DNA from: Escherichia coli
GTDB taxonomy: Bacteria > Pseudomonadota > Gammaproteobacteria > Enterobacterales > Enterobacteriaceae
DNA: 64,000 nt
Strand: one strand, 5' to 3'
NCBI RefSeq assembly: GCF_044324875.1
Contig: NZ_CP172185.1
Made by a program: the position numbers and the translations under genes. Under the pieces are notes generated by a model. It made no database searches and was not told the DNA's origin. It worked only from the letters and a program-made list of their open reading frames with translations. Of this stretch, positions 49,034 to 64,000 are shown in pieces. The first letter of the stretch is position 1; each line of letters opens with the position of its first letter.

Positions 49034-49316
49034 TATTGCCCCCTTTCGTTTCTTAAAGAGTTATTTCGTGTTCTATTGCGTTGGTATGTGTCTGATTGTG
49101 TCAGGGTGATTCAGAGTTGGCAAATGTTGGTGGCGGGTATTTTACAGAAACGGGGTAATTTTAATAAAAAACATTTTAATTCAGTATTATGCAAAGGCAT
49201 AAAATCTCGTTTTATGCCTTTTTTCTCACTATTTAAAGCGTTATTCGCTAATGTATAAAAAACCAGTTGAGCATTAAAAATCAGCAACTTATAAGTCTGT
49301 ATACTTTTTCGCCTCT

Positions 49317-49359
49317 TGTTCGTGGTTGTTCCACGTTGTTTCACATTGTTCGCCGTTGT
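49317..49359 (-). repeat. Phased GAACAA-type repeats between int and alpA, inverted relative to the other copies
   Basis: Minus strand reads CAACGGCGAACAATGTGAAACAACGTGGAACAACCACGAACAA; contains both 17-mers found at 35353-35369 and 42512-42528. Confidence 0.6.
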
Positions 49360-49407
49360 ATCTGTGTGCTTATCCAGTATGCGCATACTGAAAAAACACG
49401 AAAAAAA

Positions 49408-50637
49408 TTATTTTCTTCTGGCTACTGGTAGCGTGGTTACGTTTTCATGTGCTCCCGCCAGTATCTCCAACCGCTCCACCCACATATCCAGCGCATTGCG
49501 TTTCGCATCCAGATAACGGGAATGATTATAAACTCGCTGCATTCCTGGCATCTGGTGGCCTGTAAGCTGCTCCACGACATGCGGATCAACGCCTAAATCG
49601 TTCAGCATGGTTGTAAAGGTGCGCCGGATGTCATGCAGTGACCAGTGAGGGTGTTTAAGCCTCCTGTGCGCTAATCTTCCATACTGCGATACGCTGGCCT
49701 CCTGTTTCACTTCCCCCAGCAATAAGCCCGTGTGCCTGTTCTGCTCCACCAGCTGCGTGACGAACGGCAGTATCGCTTCCGGTATGGGCCGGAATATGGC
49801 TACCTTCGTTTTGCTGTGCTCCTTCGGAACGGTCCATAGCATTTCGGTAAAATCCCACTCCCCGATCTCCGATAGCCTCAGTTCTACTGTCCTGGCTCCG
49901 AAGACAATCAGGAGGCGGATTAGTGCGACGTAGTAAGGGGAAAATATTTTTTTATCCAGCGCCTGCAATAACTCGCCCAGTTCTTTGGTGCTTAAGACAC
50001 GTTCGCTTATATCCGGTTTTTTCCCAACGTCCGCCACGTTCAGATCGTCCAGAACGTTGCTGATTGCATAGCGCCGCCTACGGCAAAACTTAAGCGCCTG
50101 TTTGCACGCCTGTAGCACGAATCCGGCAGTAACAGGCGTTCGCTTTGCCACCTGGTCAAAACAGGCCAGCCAGTGCCGTAGCTCGCATTTATCCAGCGGC
50201 ATAGCACCAATGTGCTGTATTACGTGATTATTAACTCGCCTTTTCAGGGCGATATAATCCACGCGGTTTTCCTTTACGTAAGACTCAAGCCAGTAGGTGA
50301 GCGCATCGCCAACCGTTACCGGCTTTAACGCTTCCTGTACGGCGTAATTCATCTCATGGCGTGGATTTTTCCCCTCCGCCAGCCATGCGCGACACTGGGC
50401 GGCTTTTTCCCTGGCTGCTTTCAGGCTCAGATCAGGATAATTTCCCAGCTTAATACGTTCCGGTCGTGTCTCTCTTCCCGTTCCTGCCCTGTAAGTGAAA
50501 TACCAGGTTAATATCCCTGATGTTAAATATTTCACGCTCAGATTTCCGCCATCGCTATAAAACGTGTTTTTCTCCGCTGGCTTACCATGAAGTTTCCTTA
50601 GCAAGGTATCGCTCAGTTTGTTCATTGCTCTGCTCAC
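49408..50637 (-). CDS. int: Tyrosine integrase (P4-like family), ~405-409 aa
   Basis: C-terminal catalytic region HDIRRTF ... RVYNHSRY; adjacent to the att junction. Confidence 0.88.
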   Translation of the reverse strand: MSRAMNKLSDTLLRKLHGKPAEKNTFYSDGGNLSVKYLTSGILTWYFTYRAGTGRETRPERIKLGNYPDLSLKAAREKAAQCRAWLAEGKNPRHEMNYAVQEALKPVTVGDALTYWLESYVKENRVDYIALKRRVNNHVIQHIGAMPLDKCELRHWLACFDQVAKRTPVTAGFVLQACKQALKFCRRRRYAISNVLDDLNVADVGKKPDISERVLSTKELGELLQALDKKIFSPYYVALIRLLIVFGARTVELRLSEIGEWDFTEMLWTVPKEHSKTKVAIFRPIPEAILPFVTQLVEQNRHTGLLLGEVKQEASVSQYGRLAHRRLKHPHWSLHDIRRTFTTMLNDLGVDPHVVEQLTGHQMPGMQRVYNHSRYLDAKRNALDMWVERLEILAGAHENVTTLPVARRK

Positions 50638-50664
50638 GCTTTACCCCTTGTTTACGAAAAAGTG

Positions 50665-50728
50665 ACTACACCAGTGACTACACCGATCGTTGCACAAAGG
50701 GCTACAACGTGAAACAAGCTGGAACAAG
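50665..50728 (+). repeat. Right-arm repeat cluster: 2x ACTACACC (12-bp spacing) then GTGAAACAAGCTGGAACAAG
   Basis: ACTACACC at 50665-50672 and 50677-50684; GAAACAA/GGAACAA repeats at 50709-50728; same layout as the left arm. Confidence 0.6.
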
Positions 50729-50812
50729 AAAAATCACAAATTTGTTTATAATCAAAAACATAATGAACAAACTGAAACATTATGAAACGGCAAAAAACAC
50801 TAATTGATAAAA

Positions 50813-50821
50813 TGCTGTTAT
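50813..50821. repeat. Right attachment-site core (attR), 9-bp TGCTGTTAT
   Basis: Direct repeat of 35232-35240; tqsA frame resumes here. Confidence 0.7.
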
Positions 50822-51719
50822 TCTTAACCCGCTGGTGCAACACATGGTCCGCTGGCGTGTGCCGCGTGTACTGGCAGTGTCGATTTTGATGACCATCATC
50901 GTGATGGCGATGGTGTTGCTATTAGCTTATCTGGGTTCCGCGCTCAACGAGTTGACGCGGACGTTACCGCAATATCGCAACTCTATTATGACGCCGCTGC
51001 AAGCGATTGAACCGTTGTTGCAACGCGTAGGGATTGATGTCTCAGTTGACCAACTGGCGCATTACATTGATCCGAACGCGGCGATGACGTTGCTCACCAA
51101 CTTATTGACGCAGTTATCTAATGCCATGTCATCAATATTTTTATTGCTGCTGACGGTGCTGTTTATGCTGCTCGAAGTGCCACAATTGCCCGGAAAATTT
51201 CAGCAAATGATGGCGCGTCCGGTTGAAGGGATGGCGGCGATTCAGCGTGCGATTGACAGTGTTTCTCATTATCTGGTGCTGAAAACAGCCATCAGCATCA
51301 TCACCGGCCTGGTCGCCTGGGCGATGCTCGCCGCACTCGATGTTCGCTTCGCTTTTGTCTGGGGATTGCTGGCCTTTGCGCTTAATTACATCCCGAATAT
51401 TGGTTCAGTTCTCGCGGCAATCCCCCCTATCGCTCAGGTATTGGTGTTTAATGGCTTCTACGAAGCGTTGCTGGTGCTGGCGGGATATCTGCTGATTAAT
51501 CTGGTCTTCGGCAATATTCTGGAGCCACGCATCATGGGGCGTGGGCTGGGGCTTTCCACGTTGGTGGTATTTCTGTCGTTGATTTTTTGGGGATGGTTGT
51601 TAGGACCGGTGGGTATGCTGCTTTCCGTGCCGTTGACAATTATTGTCAAAATTGCGCTTGAACAAACAGCGGGAGGTCAAAGCATCGCCGTTCTGTTAAG
51701 CGATCTCAATAAAGAGTGA
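50814..51719 (+). pseudogene. tqsA: tqsA 3' fragment (codons ~44 to end); no in-frame ATG upstream of the junction
   Basis: Frame continues ...[22 protein letters not shown]... to stop at 51719; in-frame stop TAA at 50808-50810 inside the element; only internal GTG/ATG starts available. Confidence 0.85.
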
Positions 51720-51742
51720 CGGCCTCCGCAGAGGCCGTCAGG
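51716..51742. terminator. Hairpin between convergent tqsA and pntB
   Basis: gacggcctc-cgca-gaggccgtc. Confidence 0.5.
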
Positions 51743-51743
51743 G

Positions 51744-53135
<1,392 letters not shown>

Positions 53136-53142
53136 TTACCCC

Positions 53143-54738
<1,596 letters not shown>

Positions 54739-55198
54739 TCATGTACGAGCTAAATGTTACTCCGTTAAAATAAATTAGTAACAAACGCCCTATAACGTAC
54801 TGAAAATTATGCCTGTGATCTAGCGCCAAAAATCAGTATTTCGGCGTGAACTCGCAAAATATTAACGATTCAGCCGTGATAGTGGGATAAACACCTTAGA
54901 ACGCCGGATAAAGACTGATAATTGTCTTCGACGGTCGGGTAAAACGTGATATCGCCCCGGCACGAATCACTACTTAACATTAAATTAACTTATACAATTC
55001 AGTTGTTTCAGTAGTATTGATGCTGATACGGCTGTTTTTTAAGCATAGACGGTCATTTGAGCAGGATTAAAATTGGCTTAAGGAATGTGATATGAAAAAT
55101 GACGCAGACAGTTACACCGTTTAAATGCAATAATCAGCCACGTTTCTCGTTAATAACAATACCAGTACCTGGTTTGCGCAAGGCGAAGGATTATTTTT

Positions 55199-56143
55199 AT
55201 GAAGCTTAAGAACACCCTCCTGGCGTCGGCACTGCTTTCTGCTACGGCATTCTCCGTTAACGCAGCAACAGAACTGACACCGGAGCAAGCGGCAGCGGTT
55301 AAACCTTTTGACCGTGTAGTGGTTACCGGTCGTTTTAATGCTATTGGCGAAGCGGTGAAAGCCGTTTCTCGTCGCGCAGATAAAGAAGGTGCCGCCTCTT
55401 TTTATGTTGTCGACACTTCTGATTTTGGTAACAGCGGTAACTGGCGTGTGGTCGCTGACCTCTATAAAGCCGATGCTGAAAAAGCAGAAGAAACAAGTAA
55501 TCGCGTAATTAACGGTGTTGTCGAACTGCCGAAAGATCAGGCTGTTCTGATTGAACCGTTTGACACGGTCACCGTCCAGGGCTTTTATCGTAGCCAGCCA
55601 GAAGTCAATGATGCCATCACCAAAGCGGCAAAAGCGAAAGGTGCCTACTCTTTCTACATCGTTCGTCAAATCGATGCCAACCAGGGCGGCAACCAGCGTA
55701 TTACTGCATTCATCTATAAAAAAGATGCTAAGAAACGTATCGTCCAGAGCCCGGATGTGATCCCGGCAGATTCCGAAGCAGGACGTGCAGCTCTGGCTGC
55801 CGGTGGCGAAGCCGCGAAGAAAGTTGAGATCCCGGGTGTTGCGACTACCGCATCACCAAGTTCTGAAGTCGGTCGCTTCTTTGAAACCCAGTCATCAAAA
55901 GGCGGGCGTTACACCGTCACGCTCCCGGATGGCACTAAAGTCGAAGAACTGAACAAAGCGACCGCAGCGATGATGGTCCCGTTCGACAGCATCAAATTCT
56001 CTGGCAACTACGGCAACATGACCGAAGTCTCCTATCAGGTTGCGAAACGTGCCGCGAAGAAAGGTGCTAAGTATTACCACATCACCCGCCAGTGGCAGGA
56101 ACGTGGTAATAACCTGACCGTCAGCGCAGATCTGTATAAATAA
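55199..56143 (+). CDS. ydgH: YdgH periplasmic protein with three DUF1471-like repeats, 314 aa
   Basis: Signal peptide and three internal repeats. Confidence 0.88.
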   Translation: MKLKNTLLASALLSATAFSVNAATELTPEQAAAVKPFDRVVVTGRFNAIGEAVKAVSRRADKEGAASFYVVDTSDFGNSGNWRVVADLYKADAEKAEETSNRVINGVVELPKDQAVLIEPFDTVTVQGFYRSQPEVNDAITKAAKAKGAYSFYIVRQIDANQGGNQRITAFIYKKDAKKRIVQSPDVIPADSEAGRAALAAGGEAAKKVEIPGVATTASPSSEVGRFFETQSSKGGRYTVTLPDGTKVEELNKATAAMMVPFDSIKFSGNYGNMTEVSYQVAKRAAKKGAKYYHITRQWQERGNNLTVSADLYK

Positions 56144-56328
56144 CTATTCAGTTACTCCTATAAGGCGGCTTGATGCCGCCTTTCGCATTTTTAGTCACAA
56201 ATTTCCCCGCGACCATTGCATGCAGACACATCTCTTCGTAAAATCCCGCGCTTCAGTGGCAAACTCCATTTTTATGCGTTTTGCCCTAATATTTATTCTT
56301 CTTATCACGTTTTAATCACTGGATATCG

Positions 56329-57711
56329 ATGGAAAAGAAACTGGGACTGAGCGCACTCACCGCGCTGGTATTAAGCTCAATGCTGGGCGCGGGTGTTTTC
56401 AGTCTGCCGCAAAATATGGCGGCAGTTGCCAGCCCGGCAGCACTGCTCATCGGCTGGGGTATTACTGGCGCAGGCATTTTATTGCTGGCCTTTGCCATGC
56501 TGATCCTCACGCGCATTCGTCCCGAACTTGACGGCGGTATCTTTACCTATGCCCGCGAAGGGTTTGGCGAGCTAATCGGCTTTTGTTCCGCATGGGGATA
56601 CTGGCTGTGCGCGGTCATCGCCAACGTCTCCTATCTGGTGATCGTTTTTTCCGCGTTAAGCTTTTTTACGGACACGCCGGAATTGCGCCTGTTTGGCGAT
56701 GGTAATACCTGGCAATCGATCGTCGGTGCATCGGCTTTATTGTGGATTGTTCACTTTTTGATCCTGCGCGGGGTGCAAACCGCTGCCAGCATTAACCTGG
56801 TGGCGACACTGGCAAAATTGTTGCCGCTGGGTCTGTTTGTTGTGCTGGCGATGATGATGTTCAAACTGGATACCTTCAAGCTCGACTTCACCGGACTTGC
56901 ACTTGGCGTACCCGTTTGGGAACAGGTGAAAAACACCATGCTGATCACCCTGTGGGTTTTCATTGGTGTGGAAGGTGCCGTGGTTGTTTCTGCGCGTGCG
57001 CGTAATAAACGTGATGTTGGCAAAGCGACACTGCTGGCGGTTCTCTCCGCTCTGGGCGTTTACTTGCTGGTAACGCTGCTTTCGCTGGGCGTGGTGGCAC
57101 GTCCTGAACTGGCTGAAATTCGTAACCCGTCAATGGCCGGTCTGATGGTGGAAATGATGGGACCATGGGGCGAAATCATCATCGCTGCCGGTTTGATCGT
57201 TTCCGTTTGCGGCGCGTACTTAAGCTGGACCATCATGGCGGCAGAAGTTCCGTTCCTGGCAGCCACTCATAAAGCATTCCCGCGCATTTTTGCGCGCCAG
57301 AACGCACAAGCTGCGCCATCCGCTTCACTGTGGCTGACCAATATCTGCGTGCAAATTTGTCTGGTACTCATCTGGCTGACCGGTTCCGATTACAACACAT
57401 TGCTGACCATCGCCTCAGAGATGATTCTGGTGCCCTATTTCCTGGTCGGCGCGTTCTTGCTGAAAATCGCAACCCGTCCACTGCATAAAGCGGTAGGTAT
57501 CGGTGCCTGCATTTATGGCTTATGGTTATTGTACGCCTCTGGTCCAATGCACTTGCTGTTATCCGTTGTTCTGTATGCGCCGGGGCTGCTGGTTTTCCTG
57601 TATGCGCGTAAAACGCATACACATGATAATGTACTGAACCGTCAGGAAATGGTGCTGATTGGCATGCTGTTAATTGCCTCAGTTCCGGCGACCTGGATGC
57701 TGGTGGGATAA
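56329..57711 (+). CDS. ydgI: YdgI APC-family amino-acid antiporter (arginine/ornithine-type), 460 aa
   Basis: 12-TM APC transporter translation. Confidence 0.88.
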   Translation: MEKKLGLSALTALVLSSMLGAGVFSLPQNMAAVASPAALLIGWGITGAGILLLAFAMLILTRIRPELDGGIFTYAREGFGELIGFCSAWGYWLCAVIANVSYLVIVFSALSFFTDTPELRLFGDGNTWQSIVGASALLWIVHFLILRGVQTAASINLVATLAKLLPLGLFVVLAMMMFKLDTFKLDFTGLALGVPVWEQVKNTMLITLWVFIGVEGAVVVSARARNKRDVGKATLLAVLSALGVYLLVTLLSLGVVARPELAEIRNPSMAGLMVEMMGPWGEIIIAAGLIVSVCGAYLSWTIMAAEVPFLAATHKAFPRIFARQNAQAAPSASLWLTNICVQICLVLIWLTGSDYNTLLTIASEMILVPYFLVGAFLLKIATRPLHKAVGIGACIYGLWLLYASGPMHLLLSVVLYAPGLLVFLYARKTHTHDNVLNRQEMVLIGMLLIASVPATWMLVG

Positions 57712-57747
57712 CGTTCATCCCATCGTTGGATAGCAAAGGAGATAACG

Positions 57748-58470
57748 ATGGGTAAAACCCAGCCCTTGCCAATATTAATTACTGGCGGAGGTCGTCGCAT
57801 CGGCCTCGCACTCGCCTGGCATTTCATTAATCAAAAGCAACCGGTGATTGTCAGCTATCGGACGCACTATCCAGCCATTGATGGACTAATTAAGGCAGGT
57901 GCGCAGTGTATTCAGGCTGATTTTTCGACCAACGACGGTGTGATGGCGTTTGCCGATGAAGTACTAAAAAGTACCCATGGTCTGCGTGCTATTTTGCATA
58001 ACGCCAGCGCGTGGATGGCGGAAAAACCGGGTGCGCCACTGTCCGACGTACTGGCTTGCATGATGCAGATCCACGTTAATACCCCATACCTGCTCAACCA
58101 TGCGCTAGAAAGATTACTGCGTGGGCACGGACACGCCTCCAGCGATATCATTCACTTTACCGATTATGTGGTGGAGCGCGGTAGCGACAAACATATTGCC
58201 TATGCTGCAAGCAAAGCGGCACTGGATAATATGACTCGCTCGTTTGCCCGCAAGCTGGCACCGGAAGTGAAAGTGAATTCTATTGCGCCATCGCTGATCC
58301 TGTTTAATGAACATGATGATGCCGAATATCGACAACAGGCGCTGAATAAATCACTGATGAAAACCGCGCCTGGCGAGAAAGAAGTGATCGACCTGGTCGA
58401 TTACTTACTTACCAGCTGCTTTGTCACCGGACGCAGTTTCCCTCTTGATGGCGGTCGTCATCTGCGTTAA
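57748..58470 (+). CDS. folM: FolM dihydromonapterin/dihydrofolate reductase (SDR), 240 aa
   Basis: SDR N-terminal motif ITGGGRRIG. Confidence 0.9.
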   Translation: MGKTQPLPILITGGGRRIGLALAWHFINQKQPVIVSYRTHYPAIDGLIKAGAQCIQADFSTNDGVMAFADEVLKSTHGLRAILHNASAWMAEKPGAPLSDVLACMMQIHVNTPYLLNHALERLLRGHGHASSDIIHFTDYVVERGSDKHIAYAASKAALDNMTRSFARKLAPEVKVNSIAPSLILFNEHDDAEYRQQALNKSLMKTAPGEKEVIDLVDYLLTSCFVTGRSFPLDGGRHLR

Positions 58471-58802
58471 TGCAGCTTTATCCAGCATATAATCAACACC
58501 CATGCGCTTATCCCCCAACACGCAACAGAACCAACAAAAGCGGCGGGCAAGCGCATCATTCCGGTGAAATACCACAGCGACGCCAGGTAAACAAAATAGG
58601 GAATAATCGACCACATGCTAAAAATGATGGTTGCGCGTAAGGCTTCAATGCCGCGTTCGCTGGCAACAATATAATGCGCGATGAGCGCAAAGGTCGGGAA
58701 AAGTGGGATCAGCCCGGCGATATAATAATTTTTCGTTTTTGCTAAAACACCAATCAACAGCACTACCAGCGCACCGAGCGCGGCTTTGATTACCAGCCCC
58801 AT
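58467..58802 (-). CDS. ydgC: YdgC GlpM-family inner-membrane protein, 111 aa
   Basis: Small multi-TM protein. Confidence 0.85.
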   Translation of the reverse strand: MGLVIKAALGALVVLLIGVLAKTKNYYIAGLIPLFPTFALIAHYIVASERGIEALRATIIFSMWSIIPYFVYLASLWYFTGMMRLPAAFVGSVACWGISAWVLIICWIKLH

Positions 58803-58930
58803 CTTTTTACCTTAACACTTCCATAACAAGTCATCAGTAGAATACCTGATGAAAACTTGTTTAGAAACGATTGATAGTAAGTAAAAACAGCGCGGTGTAT
58901 TGTGACGTTTTTATATCTACCGTGAATAAT

Positions 58931-59650
58931 ATGAACACTATCGTATTTGTGGAAGATGATGCGGAAGTCGGTTCACTGATTGCCGCGTACCTGGCAAAAC
59001 ATGATATGCAGGTTACCGTAGAGCCGCGCGGCGACCAGGCCGAAGAAACTATTCTGCGAGAAAATCCGGATTTGGTGTTACTCGACATCATGCTACCAGG
59101 CAAGGACGGCATGACCATTTGTCGTGATTTACGCGCAAAGTGGTCCGGACCAATTGTTCTTCTAACCTCTCTCGATAGCGATATGAACCACATCCTGGCA
59201 CTGGAAATGGGAGCCTGCGACTATATTCTCAAAACGACGCCCCCTGCTGTTTTGTTAGCGCGTTTACGTTTGCATTTGCGTCAGAATGAGCAAGCCACAC
59301 TGAGCAAAGGTCTTCAGGAAACGTCTCTGACTCCCTACAAAGCCCTGCATTTCGGCACGTTGACCATCGATCCTATCAACCGCGTAGTCACCCTGGCTAA
59401 CACTGAAATCTCGCTCTCGACAGCTGATTTCGAATTATTGTGGGAATTAGCTACCCATGCCGGGCAAATCATGGACCGCGATGCATTGCTGAAAAATTTA
59501 CGTGGCGTCAGTTATGACGGACTGGATCGTAGCGTGGACGTGGCTATTTCGCGGTTAAGAAAAAAACTGCTCGATAACGCCGCAGAACCTTATCGCATTA
59601 AAACTGTGCGTAACAAAGGCTATCTTTTTGCGCCTCATGCATGGGAATAA
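58931..59650 (+). CDS. rstA: RstA OmpR-family response regulator, 239 aa
   Basis: Receiver domain from MNTIVFVEDDAEVGSL... with winged-helix C-terminus. Confidence 0.92.
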   Translation: MNTIVFVEDDAEVGSLIAAYLAKHDMQVTVEPRGDQAEETILRENPDLVLLDIMLPGKDGMTICRDLRAKWSGPIVLLTSLDSDMNHILALEMGACDYILKTTPPAVLLARLRLHLRQNEQATLSKGLQETSLTPYKALHFGTLTIDPINRVVTLANTEISLSTADFELLWELATHAGQIMDRDALLKNLRGVSYDGLDRSVDVAISRLRKKLLDNAAEPYRIKTVRNKGYLFAPHAWE

Positions 59651-59653
59651 GCG

Positions 59654-63361
<3,708 letters not shown>

Positions 63362-63477
63362 GGCCTGCTCCTCACCTGATTAATTTTTTCTTTCTGTTTT
63401 GCTTTCGTTAAGCAACTTTTAGCTCACTCATTATTTACTATTTGATAACAAATGTTTGGTCTTTCGTGCCATGTAAA

Positions 63478-63503
63478 AAAACCGCCCCGAAGGGCGGCTC
63501 TGT
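63478..63503 (-). terminator. Rho-independent terminator of fumA
   Basis: Minus strand reads gccgcccttcggggcgg followed by a T-run. Confidence 0.6.
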
Positions 63504-64000
63504 TTATTTCACACAGCGGGTGCACTGTGTGAGTTGTATCTGCTGGAAGAAGTCATTTCCTTTATCATCCACAAGGATAAATGCCGGGAAATCTTCCACT
63601 TCAATTTTCCAGATGGCTTCCATTCCCAGTTCCGGATATTCAACACATTCCAGGCTCTTAATACTACCCTGCGCCAATACAGCGGCCGGACCACCGATAC
63701 TGCCAAGGTAGAAGCCGCCGTGTTTTTTACAGGCATCCGTCACCTGCTGGCTGCGGTTGCCTTTCGCCAGCATGATCATACTTCCGCCCTGCGCTTGCAG
63801 TTGATCGACATAAGAATCCATCCGGCCGGCGGTCGTTGGGCCAAGAGAACCGGAAGCATAACCTTCCGGCGTTTTGGCCGGACCCGCGTAGTAAATCGGA
63901 TGATCTTTAATGTACTGCGGCAGCCCTTCACCGTTATCCATCCGCTCTTTCAGTTTGGCGTGAGCAATATCACGACCAACGATAATCGTGCCATTCAGCG
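63504..64000 (-). CDS. fumA: FumA class I fumarate hydratase, C-terminal part (5' end outside window)
   Basis: C-terminal translation ends ...[13 protein letters not shown]; reading frame is open to the window edge. Confidence 0.85.
   Translation of the reverse strand, partial: LNGTIIVGRDIAHAKLKERMDNGEGLPQYIKDHPIYYAGPAKTPEGYASGSLGPTTAGRMDSYVDQLQAQGGSMIMLAKGNRSQQVTDACKKHGGFYLGSIGGPAAVLAQGSIKSLECVEYPELGMEAIWKIEVEDFPAFILVDDKGNDFFQQIQLTQCTRCVK

Larger units (their letters stand above)
35241..50812 (-). mobile_element. Integrated ~15.6 kb tail-less phage satellite (capsid-forming PICI-like island) in tqsA
   Basis: Bounded by 9-bp direct repeats inside a split host gene; carries int, alpA, replication protein with iterons, SSB, and capsid/protease/portal/connector/HNH/terS/terL genes, with no tail or lysis genes. 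Confidence 0.85.

Noticed and set aside
35241-50812. Island considered as a P4-like satellite or a degraded lambdoid prophage
   Set aside because: P4-type satellites have no capsid, portal or terminase genes, and a decayed prophage would be expected to keep at least fragments of tail or lysis genes; the compact head-and-packaging set with an int-alpA-rep-iteron backbone fits a capsid-forming PICI-type satellite better.

Overview
This window is an Escherichia coli chromosomal segment with K-12-like gene order from marRAB to fumC/fumA, but it is clearly not K-12. The main finding is a ~15.6 kb integrated element (about 35241..50812) inserted inside tqsA, splitting that gene into 5' and 3' fragments. 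The element encodes a tyrosine integrase, an AlpA-like regulator, a small ribbon-helix-helix protein, an AAA/RecA-like replication protein next to an iteron array, SSB, a PerC-like regulator, and a complete head-morphogenesis and packaging set (HK97-fold capsid, prohead protease, portal, two connector proteins, HNH, small and large terminase). It has no tail, tail-fibre or lysis genes, which fits a capsid-forming phage satellite (cf-PICI-like) rather than a prophage. Other strain-specific features are an IS1 inserted exactly between the convergent stop codons of speG and ynfC, an IS200-like element between ynfM and asr, a direct ydfJ-rspB junction with no Qin prophage, and no ydeJ between ydeI and dcp. 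All protein identifications are from reading the supplied translations and recalled family signatures; no database search was run, and boundaries of non-coding features are approximate.
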